IMG/VR virus record: IMGVR_UViG_3300047322_000608
Coordinates: 11,870-75,869 of that record
From: a virus
Direction: 5' to 3' (one strand)
DNA: 64,000 nucleotides
The notes beneath the pieces are model-generated. The model did no database searches and was not told where the DNA came from. It saw only the letters and a program-made list of their open reading frames with translations. The stretch's first letter is position 1, and each line of letters starts with the position of its first letter. The position numbers and the translations under genes were made by a program. Below, piece by piece: positions 56,297 to 64,000 of the stretch.

Positions 56297-56620
56297 ATGA
56301 GCACACCAAAACTCGGATCATGCTGCATCTGCGGCAGGAAGAAGAATGTCCGAAACATCCTCAGTCTTCACACGCCATGTCCTACTCCGGGCAAAGGCTG
56401 GGGTTGTGTGGTCTGCGGGCTGCCTGCGAACGGCGCCATAGCCGTATTGTGCGACGGGTGTCACGACGATTTCCTAGCTGGAAACGCGCAGCTAATGTGG
56501 ATCTGCACCGGATACCCAGGAGTGGACGGTCGAACGCCTTACGTCGCGGAGCATCATCAGCTCTTGGACAAGTTCGACCACGACTATTCCAAACATCCTG
56601 AACACGTCGTCAACAACTAA
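56297..56620 (+). CDS. Cys-rich Zn-binding protein
   Basis: CCIC...GWGCVVC...CDGC. Confidence 0.6.
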   Translation: MSTPKLGSCCICGRKKNVRNILSLHTPCPTPGKGWGCVVCGLPANGAIAVLCDGCHDDFLAGNAQLMWICTGYPGVDGRTPYVAEHHQLLDKFDHDYSKHPEHVVNN

Positions 56621-56631
56621 TCCGTGAACAC

Positions 56632-56838
56632 TTTGGCCAGCAGCAATCGCTGTAGAAGGCGTTCCCAGGCCCAGATGTTTCGTCTGGTTCGCCGTTACAA
56701 CGGAATGGCCATTGAGTTCAGTTCAGCCGTTCGGAAACTAGAAGAACTCGAGAAGGAGGCCTCCTCAGACTACGGCCAATCTTCTCGAGTTCAACTACTT
56801 TCCTTCCCGCTGAACTTCGGATTGCTGTCTGGCCGAAA
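56632..56838 (+). ncRNA. Retron msr-msd ncRNA (candidate 1)
   Basis: 17-bp terminal inverted repeat 56632-56648/56820-56837, unpaired G56649, short msr hairpins including a UUU loop, and a 97-nt msd hairpin 56720-56816. Confidence 0.8.
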
Positions 56839-56884
56839 CTTTGGGCGGTTGGTTCCGATTCGTACCGGAATGGTTCCTTAGCCC

Positions 56885-56916
56885 GCGCCGTAGCCAACCT
56901 AAACGGCGCCCTTTTT
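56885..56916 (+). terminator. Rho-independent terminator after the retron ncRNA
   Basis: GCGCCGT-n11-ACGGCGC-CC-TTTTT. Confidence 0.65.
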
Positions 56917-56920
56917 AATT

Positions 56921-57208
56921 ATGGATCAACCAAAACTGCACCGTGAAATTCTGGAAGTCGGTGACCAAGTCAATTGCGATTGGTGCAACCACGATTATAC
57001 CGCATCCGACCTGTCCGGGGGGTTCCTGTTCGGCAACTATGCGGTCTGCCCGGAATGCGCCGTGGTAAAGATGGAAAGCATCAAGGCGCTAAACGAAGAG
57101 AACCACATCGGGGAGCGTTGTCCGCACGATCTCTCTTTTGCCGACTGGGTCCGAAAGCTGCGTTATCGAACAGCCCAAACCAAAGTCATCATCACCACAC
57201 GAGAATGA
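56921..57208 (+). CDS. Zn-ribbon protein
   Basis: CDWC...SGGFLFG..AVCPEC. Confidence 0.65.
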   Translation: MDQPKLHREILEVGDQVNCDWCNHDYTASDLSGGFLFGNYAVCPECAVVKMESIKALNEENHIGERCPHDLSFADWVRKLRYRTAQTKVIITTRE

Positions 57209-57804
57209 CCGCTACCGAATACCTAGCGCACATCGATCAGGCGATTGCCAAAGCCAATAACCTGCACGGCAAACATTGCTGCGCTAAAGGCTGTCATCAC
57301 TGCTGCTCCGAAGAGTTGCACGTCGACGAGCGCGAGGCTGACCTGATCATCGAGAACATCCATCCCAAGAACCTGAAACAGATTCAGGAGCAGACGGCTG
57401 ACTGGTTGAGCAAGGCCGCTCCACTCCTGGACACGGAAGAAGTCCATGGCGTCATGGCCTGGCGCGCGATTGACAAGCCGTGCCCCCTCCTGATCGATGG
57501 GATCTGCTCGGTCTACTCGGTCCGGCCCATGGCCTGCCGGATGTTCTTTGCCATGGGTAAGCCGGTCGATTGCCAGATGCCGCAACGGCAACAGCAGAAG
57601 TTTGCTAACTTCGACATGGACAAGATGGCGGCTATGATGGTTCCGTTCGTTCAGGACGAAAAAACGGCGGTCATGGATCACCTGGGCGTGTTCCTGGCGG
57701 AGAAGATTCTCGACCTGGATCTGGGCGGGAAGACCAGGACGATTTTTATAACCCAAAACGAAGACCAAGGAAAAGAAGATCGGGCCGTTGAGAGCGTGCC
57801 ATGA
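57205..57804 (+). CDS. YkgJ-family Cys-cluster (Zn/Fe-S) protein
   Basis: CAKGCHHCC...CPLL.DG.CSVYSVRPMACR. Confidence 0.85.
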   Translation: MTATEYLAHIDQAIAKANNLHGKHCCAKGCHHCCSEELHVDEREADLIIENIHPKNLKQIQEQTADWLSKAAPLLDTEEVHGVMAWRAIDKPCPLLIDGICSVYSVRPMACRMFFAMGKPVDCQMPQRQQQKFANFDMDKMAAMMVPFVQDEKTAVMDHLGVFLAEKILDLDLGGKTRTIFITQNEDQGKEDRAVESVP

Positions 57805-57809
57805 ACCTT

Positions 57810-57959
57810 TTTTTCGCGCTGTTGGTGTTGGTTGCTGAGCCTGGTGGCAGGCGTAGGCTAGCCCTGGTCGGATCGACAGGAAAGCGACAAAGCCAACGTC
57901 TCGCGTAGAGACAAAAACGGAACTTCGTGAACGAAGTCCCGTGGGAACGGCGCATAAAA
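57810..57959 (+). ncRNA. Structured RNA upstream of RT (retron-like ncRNA candidate 2)
   Basis: Closing stem GCGCTGTT/AACGGCGC with opposed G57824/G57945, an internal two-hairpin junction and a further 11-bp hairpin 57917-57942. Confidence 0.55.
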
Positions 57960-58010
57960 CATGGCAGCGGTGAGTGAGTGACAAAAGCCTCACCGCTGCT
58001 TCACTTTACG

Positions 58011-58964
58011 ATGCAAAAACTGCTAATCCCAAAGAGCAACGGCCGCACACGCACTGTGTATGTGCCTGATGACGATCTCAAGCGGTCACTCCGCGCGCTC
58101 GTCCCCCAGCTCAACCTTCTGGCCGAAGAGCTGGACATTCACCGCGTTTGCCACGGCTTCACAGAAGGCCGAAGCCCGGTTACCAACGCCAAGTGTCACA
58201 TCGGATTCGAGTACACGGTCTCGTTCGATCTGGAGAACTTTTTCGATAGCGTCACCAAAGACCACGTCTGCCGAGCCTGCGAAGGAAAGCTCAAGGTATC
58301 GGACTGGGCCTTCTTGACTCCGGCATTCCAAGATTGCTTCGTTGACGGAGCAGCTCGCCAGGGACTACCTACATCACCAGCCTTGGCTAACATCGGGTTC
58401 TCGCCGGCTGATCGCGACATCATGGCGCTCTGCCCGAGGGGGAGGTTCGCGGAGCGCCCGTTTGTTTACAGCCGTTACGCTGACGACCTGACGTTCTCCT
58501 GCCGCACCATGGCCACAGTCGAACTCCTGAAAGAGGAGATCCCGCGTATCGTTGAAAAACACGGCTTTAAGATCAACGCAGCCAAGACCAGGATTCAGGC
58601 TGCGGTAGCAGGAAGGCGCATCATCACCGGAGTAGCCGTTGGCCAGCACGACGTCACGATCACGCGCGAGGTGCGGCGCCGCATCCGCGCGGCCCATCAC
58701 CAGGACACAGCCGGGTTGAAGCGGCGCAACATCCGGCGCATGCTCTTCGATCGAAAGCGTTGGAAGACCAGGTTGCCATTGCGCGCCCGGTTCCATTACA
58801 GCATGAAAGGGCTGATCGAATGGGGGAAGCTCAAGATGCCAAAGAATGCCAAGGACCAATCCAAGAGCGCCGTGGTCCGCGCAGCTGCCAGAGTGGTCGC
58901 AGCCGTAGCCGGACAGGACGTGAGCAACCGCATCGTTAAAGCGTGGACCAGGAGGTTCGGGTGA
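58011..58964 (+). CDS. Retron-type reverse transcriptase
   Basis: IPKSNGRTRTV, HGF..GRS..TNAKCH (region X NAxxH), DLENFF, QGLPTSPALAN, YSRYADDLTFS, N..KT and IITGV (region Y VTG-like). Start taken at ATG 58011. Confidence 0.92.
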   Translation: MQKLLIPKSNGRTRTVYVPDDDLKRSLRALVPQLNLLAEELDIHRVCHGFTEGRSPVTNAKCHIGFEYTVSFDLENFFDSVTKDHVCRACEGKLKVSDWAFLTPAFQDCFVDGAARQGLPTSPALANIGFSPADRDIMALCPRGRFAERPFVYSRYADDLTFSCRTMATVELLKEEIPRIVEKHGFKINAAKTRIQAAVAGRRIITGVAVGQHDVTITREVRRRIRAAHHQDTAGLKRRNIRRMLFDRKRWKTRLPLRARFHYSMKGLIEWGKLKMPKNAKDQSKSAVVRAAARVVAAVAGQDVSNRIVKAWTRRFG

Positions 58965-59395
58965 CACCGGACTGGGCCGCTCTTGGTCTAGCTGAGTTTC
59001 GGACATGGTTCGGGATTAACGGCGGCTGCTACGCGGACTTCAAAGATGAGCACGGCCAATACAGGATGGTCGGAGCGGACGGACCGGCAGAGCTGTACAA
59101 GGCTTGCTTGCAGTATGTCACGGTCAAAGAGCAATCATCGGATAGTTACGAACTAATACGGCACGAAGGAAAGACGCCGACCTTGCGCCCGAAGCATCCC
59201 AAGAACATCTCAACTTGGGCTAAGCCTGAACCAGAGACAGTCCCATCGGAATGGACCAAGGCGGCACAGAACCAGTTTAATGAAGAGATTATGGAGGCAA
59301 TCCGAAAGGTCCCGAGCCTCACACCGAAGCAGCCGAAGAACGAACCGTCGAAACCGAAACCCAACGAGAATCCTTGGAAACGTAGATTCGGATGA
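58961..59395 (+). CDS. Hypothetical protein, candidate RT partner
   Basis: GTGA overlap with the RT stop; ends in WKRRFG versus RT WTRRFG. Confidence 0.65.
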   Translation: MTPDWAALGLAEFRTWFGINGGCYADFKDEHGQYRMVGADGPAELYKACLQYVTVKEQSSDSYELIRHEGKTPTLRPKHPKNISTWAKPEPETVPSEWTKAAQNQFNEEIMEAIRKVPSLTPKQPKNEPSKPKPNENPWKRRFG

Positions 59396-60012
59396 CATCA
59401 CCACCATCACAGTACCTTCCATCCCGGCCTGAGCAATTTGTAGGCAAGACGCGGCGTATAGCCGTCGCTCTCTTCGCCAAGGCTCAAGCCATAAAACTGA
59501 ACAACGCCTCCGCCAAATGGCTGTTTACGGGGCCGCCTGGCCTTGGGAAGAGCCGACTGGCCGAAGTCCTCGCCCGGGACCTGGCGCACCACCCAAGCTA
59601 CATCGAGCACCTGAATGGCCAGAGCTTGAACGTGGACTTGGTTCGGGAGTGGGAACGGAACCTTTGCTACAAACCGATTAGCGGCGAACGATCAGCGAAG
59701 GTCATCGACGAGATCGATGCCGCTTCCACCGCGGCCCTAAACGAGCTACGCACTTATCTGGACCGGCTCAAATCTGGAACCGTCGTGATCGCTACCACCA
59801 ACCGGACGATCAAAGAATTGCCGGCCCAACTCCAAACCCGGTTCTTCTACTACCAGTTCGAGCCAGTCACCCCGGACGACTTCGCGGATTGGATGGCAAC
59901 TCAGTTCGGCTTCGACCGATCCGTTGCTCTGGACATCGGCAAACGAAACATGGGATGCGTCCGGTCGGCCATGATAGACTGCGAGGCGCACCTGGACAGG
60001 GAGGAACTGTGA
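59392..60012 (+). CDS. Clamp-loader/RarA-clade AAA+ ATPase
   Basis: P....QFVG, LFTGPPGLGKS, VIDEID, IATTN, LQTRF, G.VRSA. Confidence 0.8.
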   Translation: MTSPPSQYLPSRPEQFVGKTRRIAVALFAKAQAIKLNNASAKWLFTGPPGLGKSRLAEVLARDLAHHPSYIEHLNGQSLNVDLVREWERNLCYKPISGERSAKVIDEIDAASTAALNELRTYLDRLKSGTVVIATTNRTIKELPAQLQTRFFYYQFEPVTPDDFADWMATQFGFDRSVALDIGKRNMGCVRSAMIDCEAHLDREEL

Positions 60013-60203
60013 GACTTGAAGACCTATCTCCTATGCCATTCGGAAAGTATGTTGGAACTCCCATGCAGGACGTGCCAGCGGGTTACCTGCATTGGTTGTG
60101 GGTGAACGGCATGAAGGACGACATTCACTGCAACGTGGCGGATTACATTCGCCGCAGCTTGGACACTCTCAAGAAAGAGCATCCGGATGGGATTTGGACA
60201 TGA
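60009..60203 (+). CDS. DUF3820-like small protein
   Basis: MPFGKYVG.PM.DVP..YL.WL. Confidence 0.75.
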   Translation: MRLEDLSPMPFGKYVGTPMQDVPAGYLHWLWVNGMKDDIHCNVADYIRRSLDTLKKEHPDGIWT

Positions 60204-60388
60204 CAGCCAAAAAGATCGACATGCCGCGCGAGTTTGAATTCGCCAACGACGCCTTCATTCTCGTGCCGGAGTACACGGACGACGGCGCCAAGGCCCAGGC
60301 CGAGCTGGATGCGGCTATGGAAGCCAGGCGCGCGAAAGCCAAGGCCCAGCTCCAGCTTCCTCTGGATAACAACAAACCGAAGTTATGA
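60200..60388 (+). CDS. Hypothetical protein
   Basis: ATGA-coupled; QLQLPL resembles a sliding-clamp-binding motif. Confidence 0.5.
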   Translation: MTAKKIDMPREFEFANDAFILVPEYTDDGAKAQAELDAAMEARRAKAKAQLQLPLDNNKPKL

Positions 60389-60804
60389 GCCAAAAGAAAC
60401 GTTGCTCCGGCGAAGAAGCCTGGAGCAGACGACTCGACCGGTTCGTGCCGATCCTGGTTCGCCTTCTGGCCCGGGACCCAAGAGGACGCCCGCTGACAAC
60501 CGCGGAGATCGCCGAACGGTCTGGCCTGTTCCCGATGGAGATAGAGACCCTGTCCCGCGCCACGTCATGGGATGGCGTCACCATCCCGACTTACCGATCC
60601 TTCTGCCGGGCTTGCAACCTGGACCTGATGAACTCGCAACAGGCCAAACGCAACGAGGTTTACCTAAATGGGAAGCTTGTCAACGGTGTTCGGCAGCCAT
60701 GCCTGTGGTTATTCCTTAAACGCGATCCGGCCTGGGAGACCTACTACCGGCCGCTCATGCTCCTCTACATCGAGTTCATTACCAAGAAATTGAAAACGCC
60801 ATGA
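60385..60804 (+). CDS. HTH DNA-binding protein
   Basis: LTTAEIAERSGLFPMEIETLS; adjacent to the integrase. Confidence 0.6.
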   Translation: MSQKKRCSGEEAWSRRLDRFVPILVRLLARDPRGRPLTTAEIAERSGLFPMEIETLSRATSWDGVTIPTYRSFCRACNLDLMNSQQAKRNEVYLNGKLVNGVRQPCLWLFLKRDPAWETYYRPLMLLYIEFITKKLKTP

Positions 60805-61916
60805 CGCTAACCAAAAACGAATCTGGGTTCTGGGAGGTCCGAGTCAAAGGACCGGACGGAAAGTACAAGAGCAGGTCTACCGGCCGGAGAATGAAAGGCG
60901 AGGCTCTGGAGTTCATCCGCTCCGCGCGCATCGAAGAACTCGAGACGGCGGCCCAACTCGGAGTCTTGAGCCGGGACGTGGCTTCCATCCTGATCAGCGG
61001 AGCCAATCCTTTGACCGTGGCCGAAGCGATCCCGCGATGGAAAGAACACATGGAATACCGGCGCCTTAGCCCGCGCTCCATTGCCAACGCGGTGATCTGG
61101 GTTAAAGCATGGTCCGCCTGGTCCCACCTAGAGAAGAAGCCTTTGTCGGATCTCAAGATCAGCGACCTGGATGGCTGGATCAACGGCGAGGCCTGCGAGA
61201 ACAAGCTGGGTAGCCGGAAGGTCATGCTCTCTGCGCTGCGTTCGTTCTGCGGTTTCTGTCAGGACTCAGGCTGGATGACTGGCAACCCGGCCAATCTGAT
61301 CAAGGTCGACCTGAGCCTGCTCCTGCACGCTCAGAAGGAGACCCTGAAACGGCCGTGCTTCACGGACGAAGAAGTCCAGATCCTAACCGAAGGAACGGGC
61401 CCGGGCGGGGATTGTGAGCATTCCTTCTGGCACGCAGCCATCATCATCGGCCGCTACACCGGACTGCGCATGGGTGACATTGCCTCTTTGCAATGGGCCA
61501 GCCTGAGCTTGGAAGGCAAAGGGTCTTTGGCTGTCTGGACAACGAAGCGTGATCGACGGGTAGAGCTTCCGCTTGAGCCTGAGATCCTACGATCAGTCTT
61601 CTCCTCCATCCCTTCGGAGCACCCGGTCTACCTGTTCAATCACGAACGGGTTCTGAACGCAGACGTCGGCGCACGCTGCTCGCTATCCATGCAGTTCTCC
61701 AGGATCATGCGCGCTCTCCAGATACCGATCGGGAAGACGTTCCATTGCCTGCGCGCGACCTACATCTCAGATTGCGCGGCCAATGGTATTCCAATCCACC
61801 ATATCTCACAGGCGGTTGGCCACGCTACACCGGACACCACCCACGGTTACATCAGGGAGAGCGGATCAACCCAGAGCATCGACTGCAGCGATAATGGCGC
61901 GCAGCCGGCTGTCTGA
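60801..61916 (+). CDS. int: Tyrosine recombinase/integrase
   Basis: Arm-binding-like N-terminus and catalytic R (TGLRMGDI), K, HxxR (FHCLRATY), H (VGH), Y (THGY). Confidence 0.92.
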   Translation: MTLTKNESGFWEVRVKGPDGKYKSRSTGRRMKGEALEFIRSARIEELETAAQLGVLSRDVASILISGANPLTVAEAIPRWKEHMEYRRLSPRSIANAVIWVKAWSAWSHLEKKPLSDLKISDLDGWINGEACENKLGSRKVMLSALRSFCGFCQDSGWMTGNPANLIKVDLSLLLHAQKETLKRPCFTDEEVQILTEGTGPGGDCEHSFWHAAIIIGRYTGLRMGDIASLQWASLSLEGKGSLAVWTTKRDRRVELPLEPEILRSVFSSIPSEHPVYLFNHERVLNADVGARCSLSMQFSRIMRALQIPIGKTFHCLRATYISDCAANGIPIHHISQAVGHATPDTTHGYIRESGSTQSIDCSDNGAQPAV

Positions 61917-62342
61917 GTCCGCGCTTTTGGCAGCTCTTAACGCCTGGATGTGGCGGATGAGAAGGAGAGTCTGCGCTTCGAGTTCACGGGTCGACCACGC
62001 CGGATGGGCTGGATCCAGTTCAATCCTACCGCGCTGGATCAACTTCCAGGATCGACGTAGGGAGAGTTCAATCTCGCCCGGTTTTCTCCCACCGTGGAAA
62101 CCCATATCCCTGGCGATCATGGCTAACGTGGCGAAGCACGGTTTTTGCCGGCCTTGCTCTGTCTCGGCCCAGAGCCACTGCGCGATCCGCACGGTTTCCG
62201 GGTTTCTGATTGGCGCAAGATGCGGGTGATTTGAGAACGCAGCCGGATCGTTTCCGCCGACCAGTAAACTACCCGCTGGCGAAGGTCCATTACCTCCAGG
62301 GCCAGCAGGTGGGCGTCGTGTGGGGACCACGCCTTCACTCAC
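61866..62342 (-). CDS. Hypothetical protein
   Basis: Last gene of the convergent minus-strand unit; start uncertain. Confidence 0.45.
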   Translation of the reverse strand: MSEGVVPTRRPPAGPGGNGPSPAGSLLVGGNDPAAFSNHPHLAPIRNPETVRIAQWLWAETEQGRQKPCFATLAMIARDMGFHGGRKPGEIELSLRRSWKLIQRGRIELDPAHPAWSTRELEAQTLLLIRHIQALRAAKSADSDSRLRAIIAAVDALG

Positions 62343-62347
62343 GGGAG

Positions 62348-62569
62348 TTAGCGTTTAACTCTGCCGAACGCGACCGATCCACCGTGAATCCATTTTGCGG
62401 CGGGAGTGTATTGGAAGTCCGGGTCCGGTGGCGTGCGTTCGTAAAGTGCAATGTCGAACACACCATCTTTTCCAGGAGGCCCTTCGGGGCGCACAAGCGT
62501 GTAAGTGTTCGTTCCGTCGCTGACGCTTTGGTCACCGGGGGCGTTGATCTTGATGGTTGCCATAAGCAT
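62348..62569 (-). CDS. Hypothetical protein
   Basis: Coupled small ORF. Confidence 0.45.
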   Translation of the reverse strand: MLMATIKINAPGDQSVSDGTNTYTLVRPEGPPGKDGVFDIALYERTPPDPDFQYTPAAKWIHGGSVAFGRVKR

Positions 62570-62796
62570 TACGCGGGTGATGGAAGTGCGGCGATGGCTG
62601 GCGGGGCGATGAGCGCGGCTAGACGCGCCTTAGCTTCGGCAAGACCTTCATCGTAAGTCTTTTTAGTCAAAGCGCAGACCGCGTGTACCTGTTCCACGGT
62701 CATAGGCTTATCCCACGTCTGAATCAGTTGCTCGATCAGGTTCACGGCAGTAGGGCCGTAGGTGATAAGCAGTTGGGCAATCATGGCACCGGTCAT
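62569..62796 (-). CDS. Hypothetical protein
   Basis: Coupled small helical ORF. Confidence 0.5.
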   Translation of the reverse strand: MTGAMIAQLLITYGPTAVNLIEQLIQTWDKPMTVEQVHAVCALTKKTYDEGLAEAKARLAALIAPPAIAALPSPA

Positions 62797-63167
62797 GGGG
62801 TTCCTTTGGTTACTGGCTTGGCTTTGCCATAGCTAAACGTGTTGATAAGCTGGAGAAGGGATGTCTGCGAGGCAATCAGCGCGTCTTTTGTCGCCTTGAG
62901 AACGGTCTTGTCGCCATTGGAGGCGGCGTAGGCTTTATCCGCAACGTCGGCCGCAAGCTGGAATTGCTGGTAGGCGTTACGCACCGCGAGGTCTTGCGCC
63001 GGAGTCACCGGGTTGGCAGCGGCGTAAGTCCACCAGCCTTCCATTGCGGCCATGCCTACTTGCACGGTGCTGACGATTATTTTGCCCGTTGATTGGCAGG
63101 CTGGCGTGAGCAGCAGCGCGAAAGCCAGAATGGCAAGTGCACTAGTTTGAACAAGTCGATTTCGCAT
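62793..63167 (-). CDS. Putative lipoprotein (lysis-module, spanin-like position)
   Basis: Signal peptide with LTPAC lipobox-like Cys. Confidence 0.5.
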   Translation of the reverse strand: MRNRLVQTSALAILAFALLLTPACQSTGKIIVSTVQVGMAAMEGWWTYAAANPVTPAQDLAVRNAYQQFQLAADVADKAYAASNGDKTVLKATKDALIASQTSLLQLINTFSYGKAKPVTKGTP

Positions 63168-63275
63168 TTCGTTTATCCTTCTTTTTGGGTTTCTTGGTTT
63201 CAGTGGCTTCGCGGATCGTGATGCGTTTAATCTGCCCCGGTCGTCCAATGCCAGTTACAAATAGGGTGCGCTCTT

Positions 63276-63533
63276 TCATGGCTTGGCGATGGGTTCGACC
63301 GGCACAACCGGAGTCGGCGTTTTGCCAGTCACTTCTTCCGTGCTCTTGTTATTCTGACGCGCCGTGAAGCCGACAAGCCCAACAGCTAATGCGTTCAGGA
63401 ATGGCACCCAGGGTTTGATGTAATTCGCGCCGGGAGCGTTGTCCGGGATGAGCGTGGAGGCGGCGGAAAACACCGCGATCAATCCGCCGAGTTTCGGTAG
63501 CCATGATGGACCGAGGGCAAAGTTAGTTGTCAT
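63276..63533 (-). CDS. Putative holin
   Basis: Two TM helices followed by ARQNNKSTEEV. Confidence 0.55.
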   Translation of the reverse strand: MTTNFALGPSWLPKLGGLIAVFSAASTLIPDNAPGANYIKPWVPFLNALAVGLVGFTARQNNKSTEEVTGKTPTPVVPVEPIAKP

Positions 63534-63536
63534 TCG

Positions 63537-63848
63537 TTAATTTTCGTTATGTCGCGCCCCCCGCTCCAGCTCGCGCTTGATCCAGGCGATGTCCGCTTTA
63601 AGAGTCGAGAGGTCGTCGCGCATGTTTTCCAGCGCGGTAATACGGCGCTCATGCTGGACAATTGAGTTAAGCACGCCCATTTTGGTAAGCTCTTTCATGT
63701 CCATCTCGTTACTGCCCAAGCGGCTGGCAATATCGCCCACCTTGTCGTTGAGCTTTTGCCAGACAATGGCGATTGAAACGATGCCCCCAACTGCCGTGAC
63801 GAGATGCCCGATATTGAACGACCAGAACCCGCTCATAAGCAGCTCCAT
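63537..63848 (-). CDS. Membrane protein with coiled coil (lysis-module-like)
   Basis: N-terminal TM followed by HERRITALE heptads. Confidence 0.5.
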   Translation of the reverse strand: MELLMSGFWSFNIGHLVTAVGGIVSIAIVWQKLNDKVGDIASRLGSNEMDMKELTKMGVLNSIVQHERRITALENMRDDLSTLKADIAWIKRELERGARHNEN

Positions 63849-64000
63849 ATTTTGTTGTCATGGGATCACCGCGATTGCCAGATAACTTCACGAGTGAAAT
63901 GTAAACATCGGATGCCCGACCATCGAGATTTGGCTTGTCTTTGTAGTTAGGTATGGCGAGGCTAGAAGCGTGGCGACCGCCTCCCTGTAAGAAGCGGGCA

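Noticed and set aside
56624-56881. 85-aa ORF in the track
   Set aside because: No RBS or recognisable protein features; the sequence is fully explained by the msr-msd fold.
58011-58964. RT as DGR or group II intron enzyme
   Set aside because: It has QGLPTSP, NAxxH and ITG rather than the DGR GxxxSQ motif. I saw no TR/VR pair, no maturase domain and no intron domain V.
60801-62350. attP site or prophage boundary near the integrase
   Set aside because: The integrase overlaps a convergent gene, phage-like genes continue on both sides, and no core repeat or tRNA fragment was seen.
1-64000. CRISPR arrays, tRNA or rRNA genes, IS elements
   Set aside because: No regularly spaced repeats, cloverleaf with T-loop consensus or transposase was recognised by eye; tRNAscan/CRISPR tools were not run.

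Overview
A 64-kb segment of a probably temperate, podovirus-like dsDNA phage or prophage (GC-rich, host not determinable from sequence alone). 1-35.7 kb (minus strand) holds DNA metabolism genes (RHH regulator, annealing protein, PD-(D/E)xK nuclease, RuvC-like resolvase, DnaB). These are followed by packaging and virion genes (TerS/TerL, portal, scaffold, capsid, adaptor, tail, internal/ejection proteins, and a >1296-aa polyvalent protein running off the left edge). Glycosyl-, methyl- and sulfotransferase, ATP-grasp and citrate-synthase-like genes are interleaved among the virion genes. A putative replication initiator and a sharp G/C skew switch lie near 40.5 kb. 41-62 kb (plus strand) is an accessory/early region ending in a tyrosine integrase. 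Its intergenic spaces are unusually rich in structured RNA: a twister ribozyme (40948-41024), a variant hammerhead ribozyme (51518-51570), a ~420-nt multi-domain RNA (48490-48910), a Y-shaped RNA (44320-44436) and a conserved start-associated motif in front of 14 genes. The most notable element is a phage-encoded retron-type reverse transcriptase (58011-58964). A textbook msr-msd ncRNA (56632-56838) lies two genes upstream of it, and a second ncRNA of similar topology lies directly upstream (57810-57959). A downstream partner protein shares the RT's C-terminal WxRRFG tail. All structures were folded by eye and protein calls come from motif recognition only; no searches were run.
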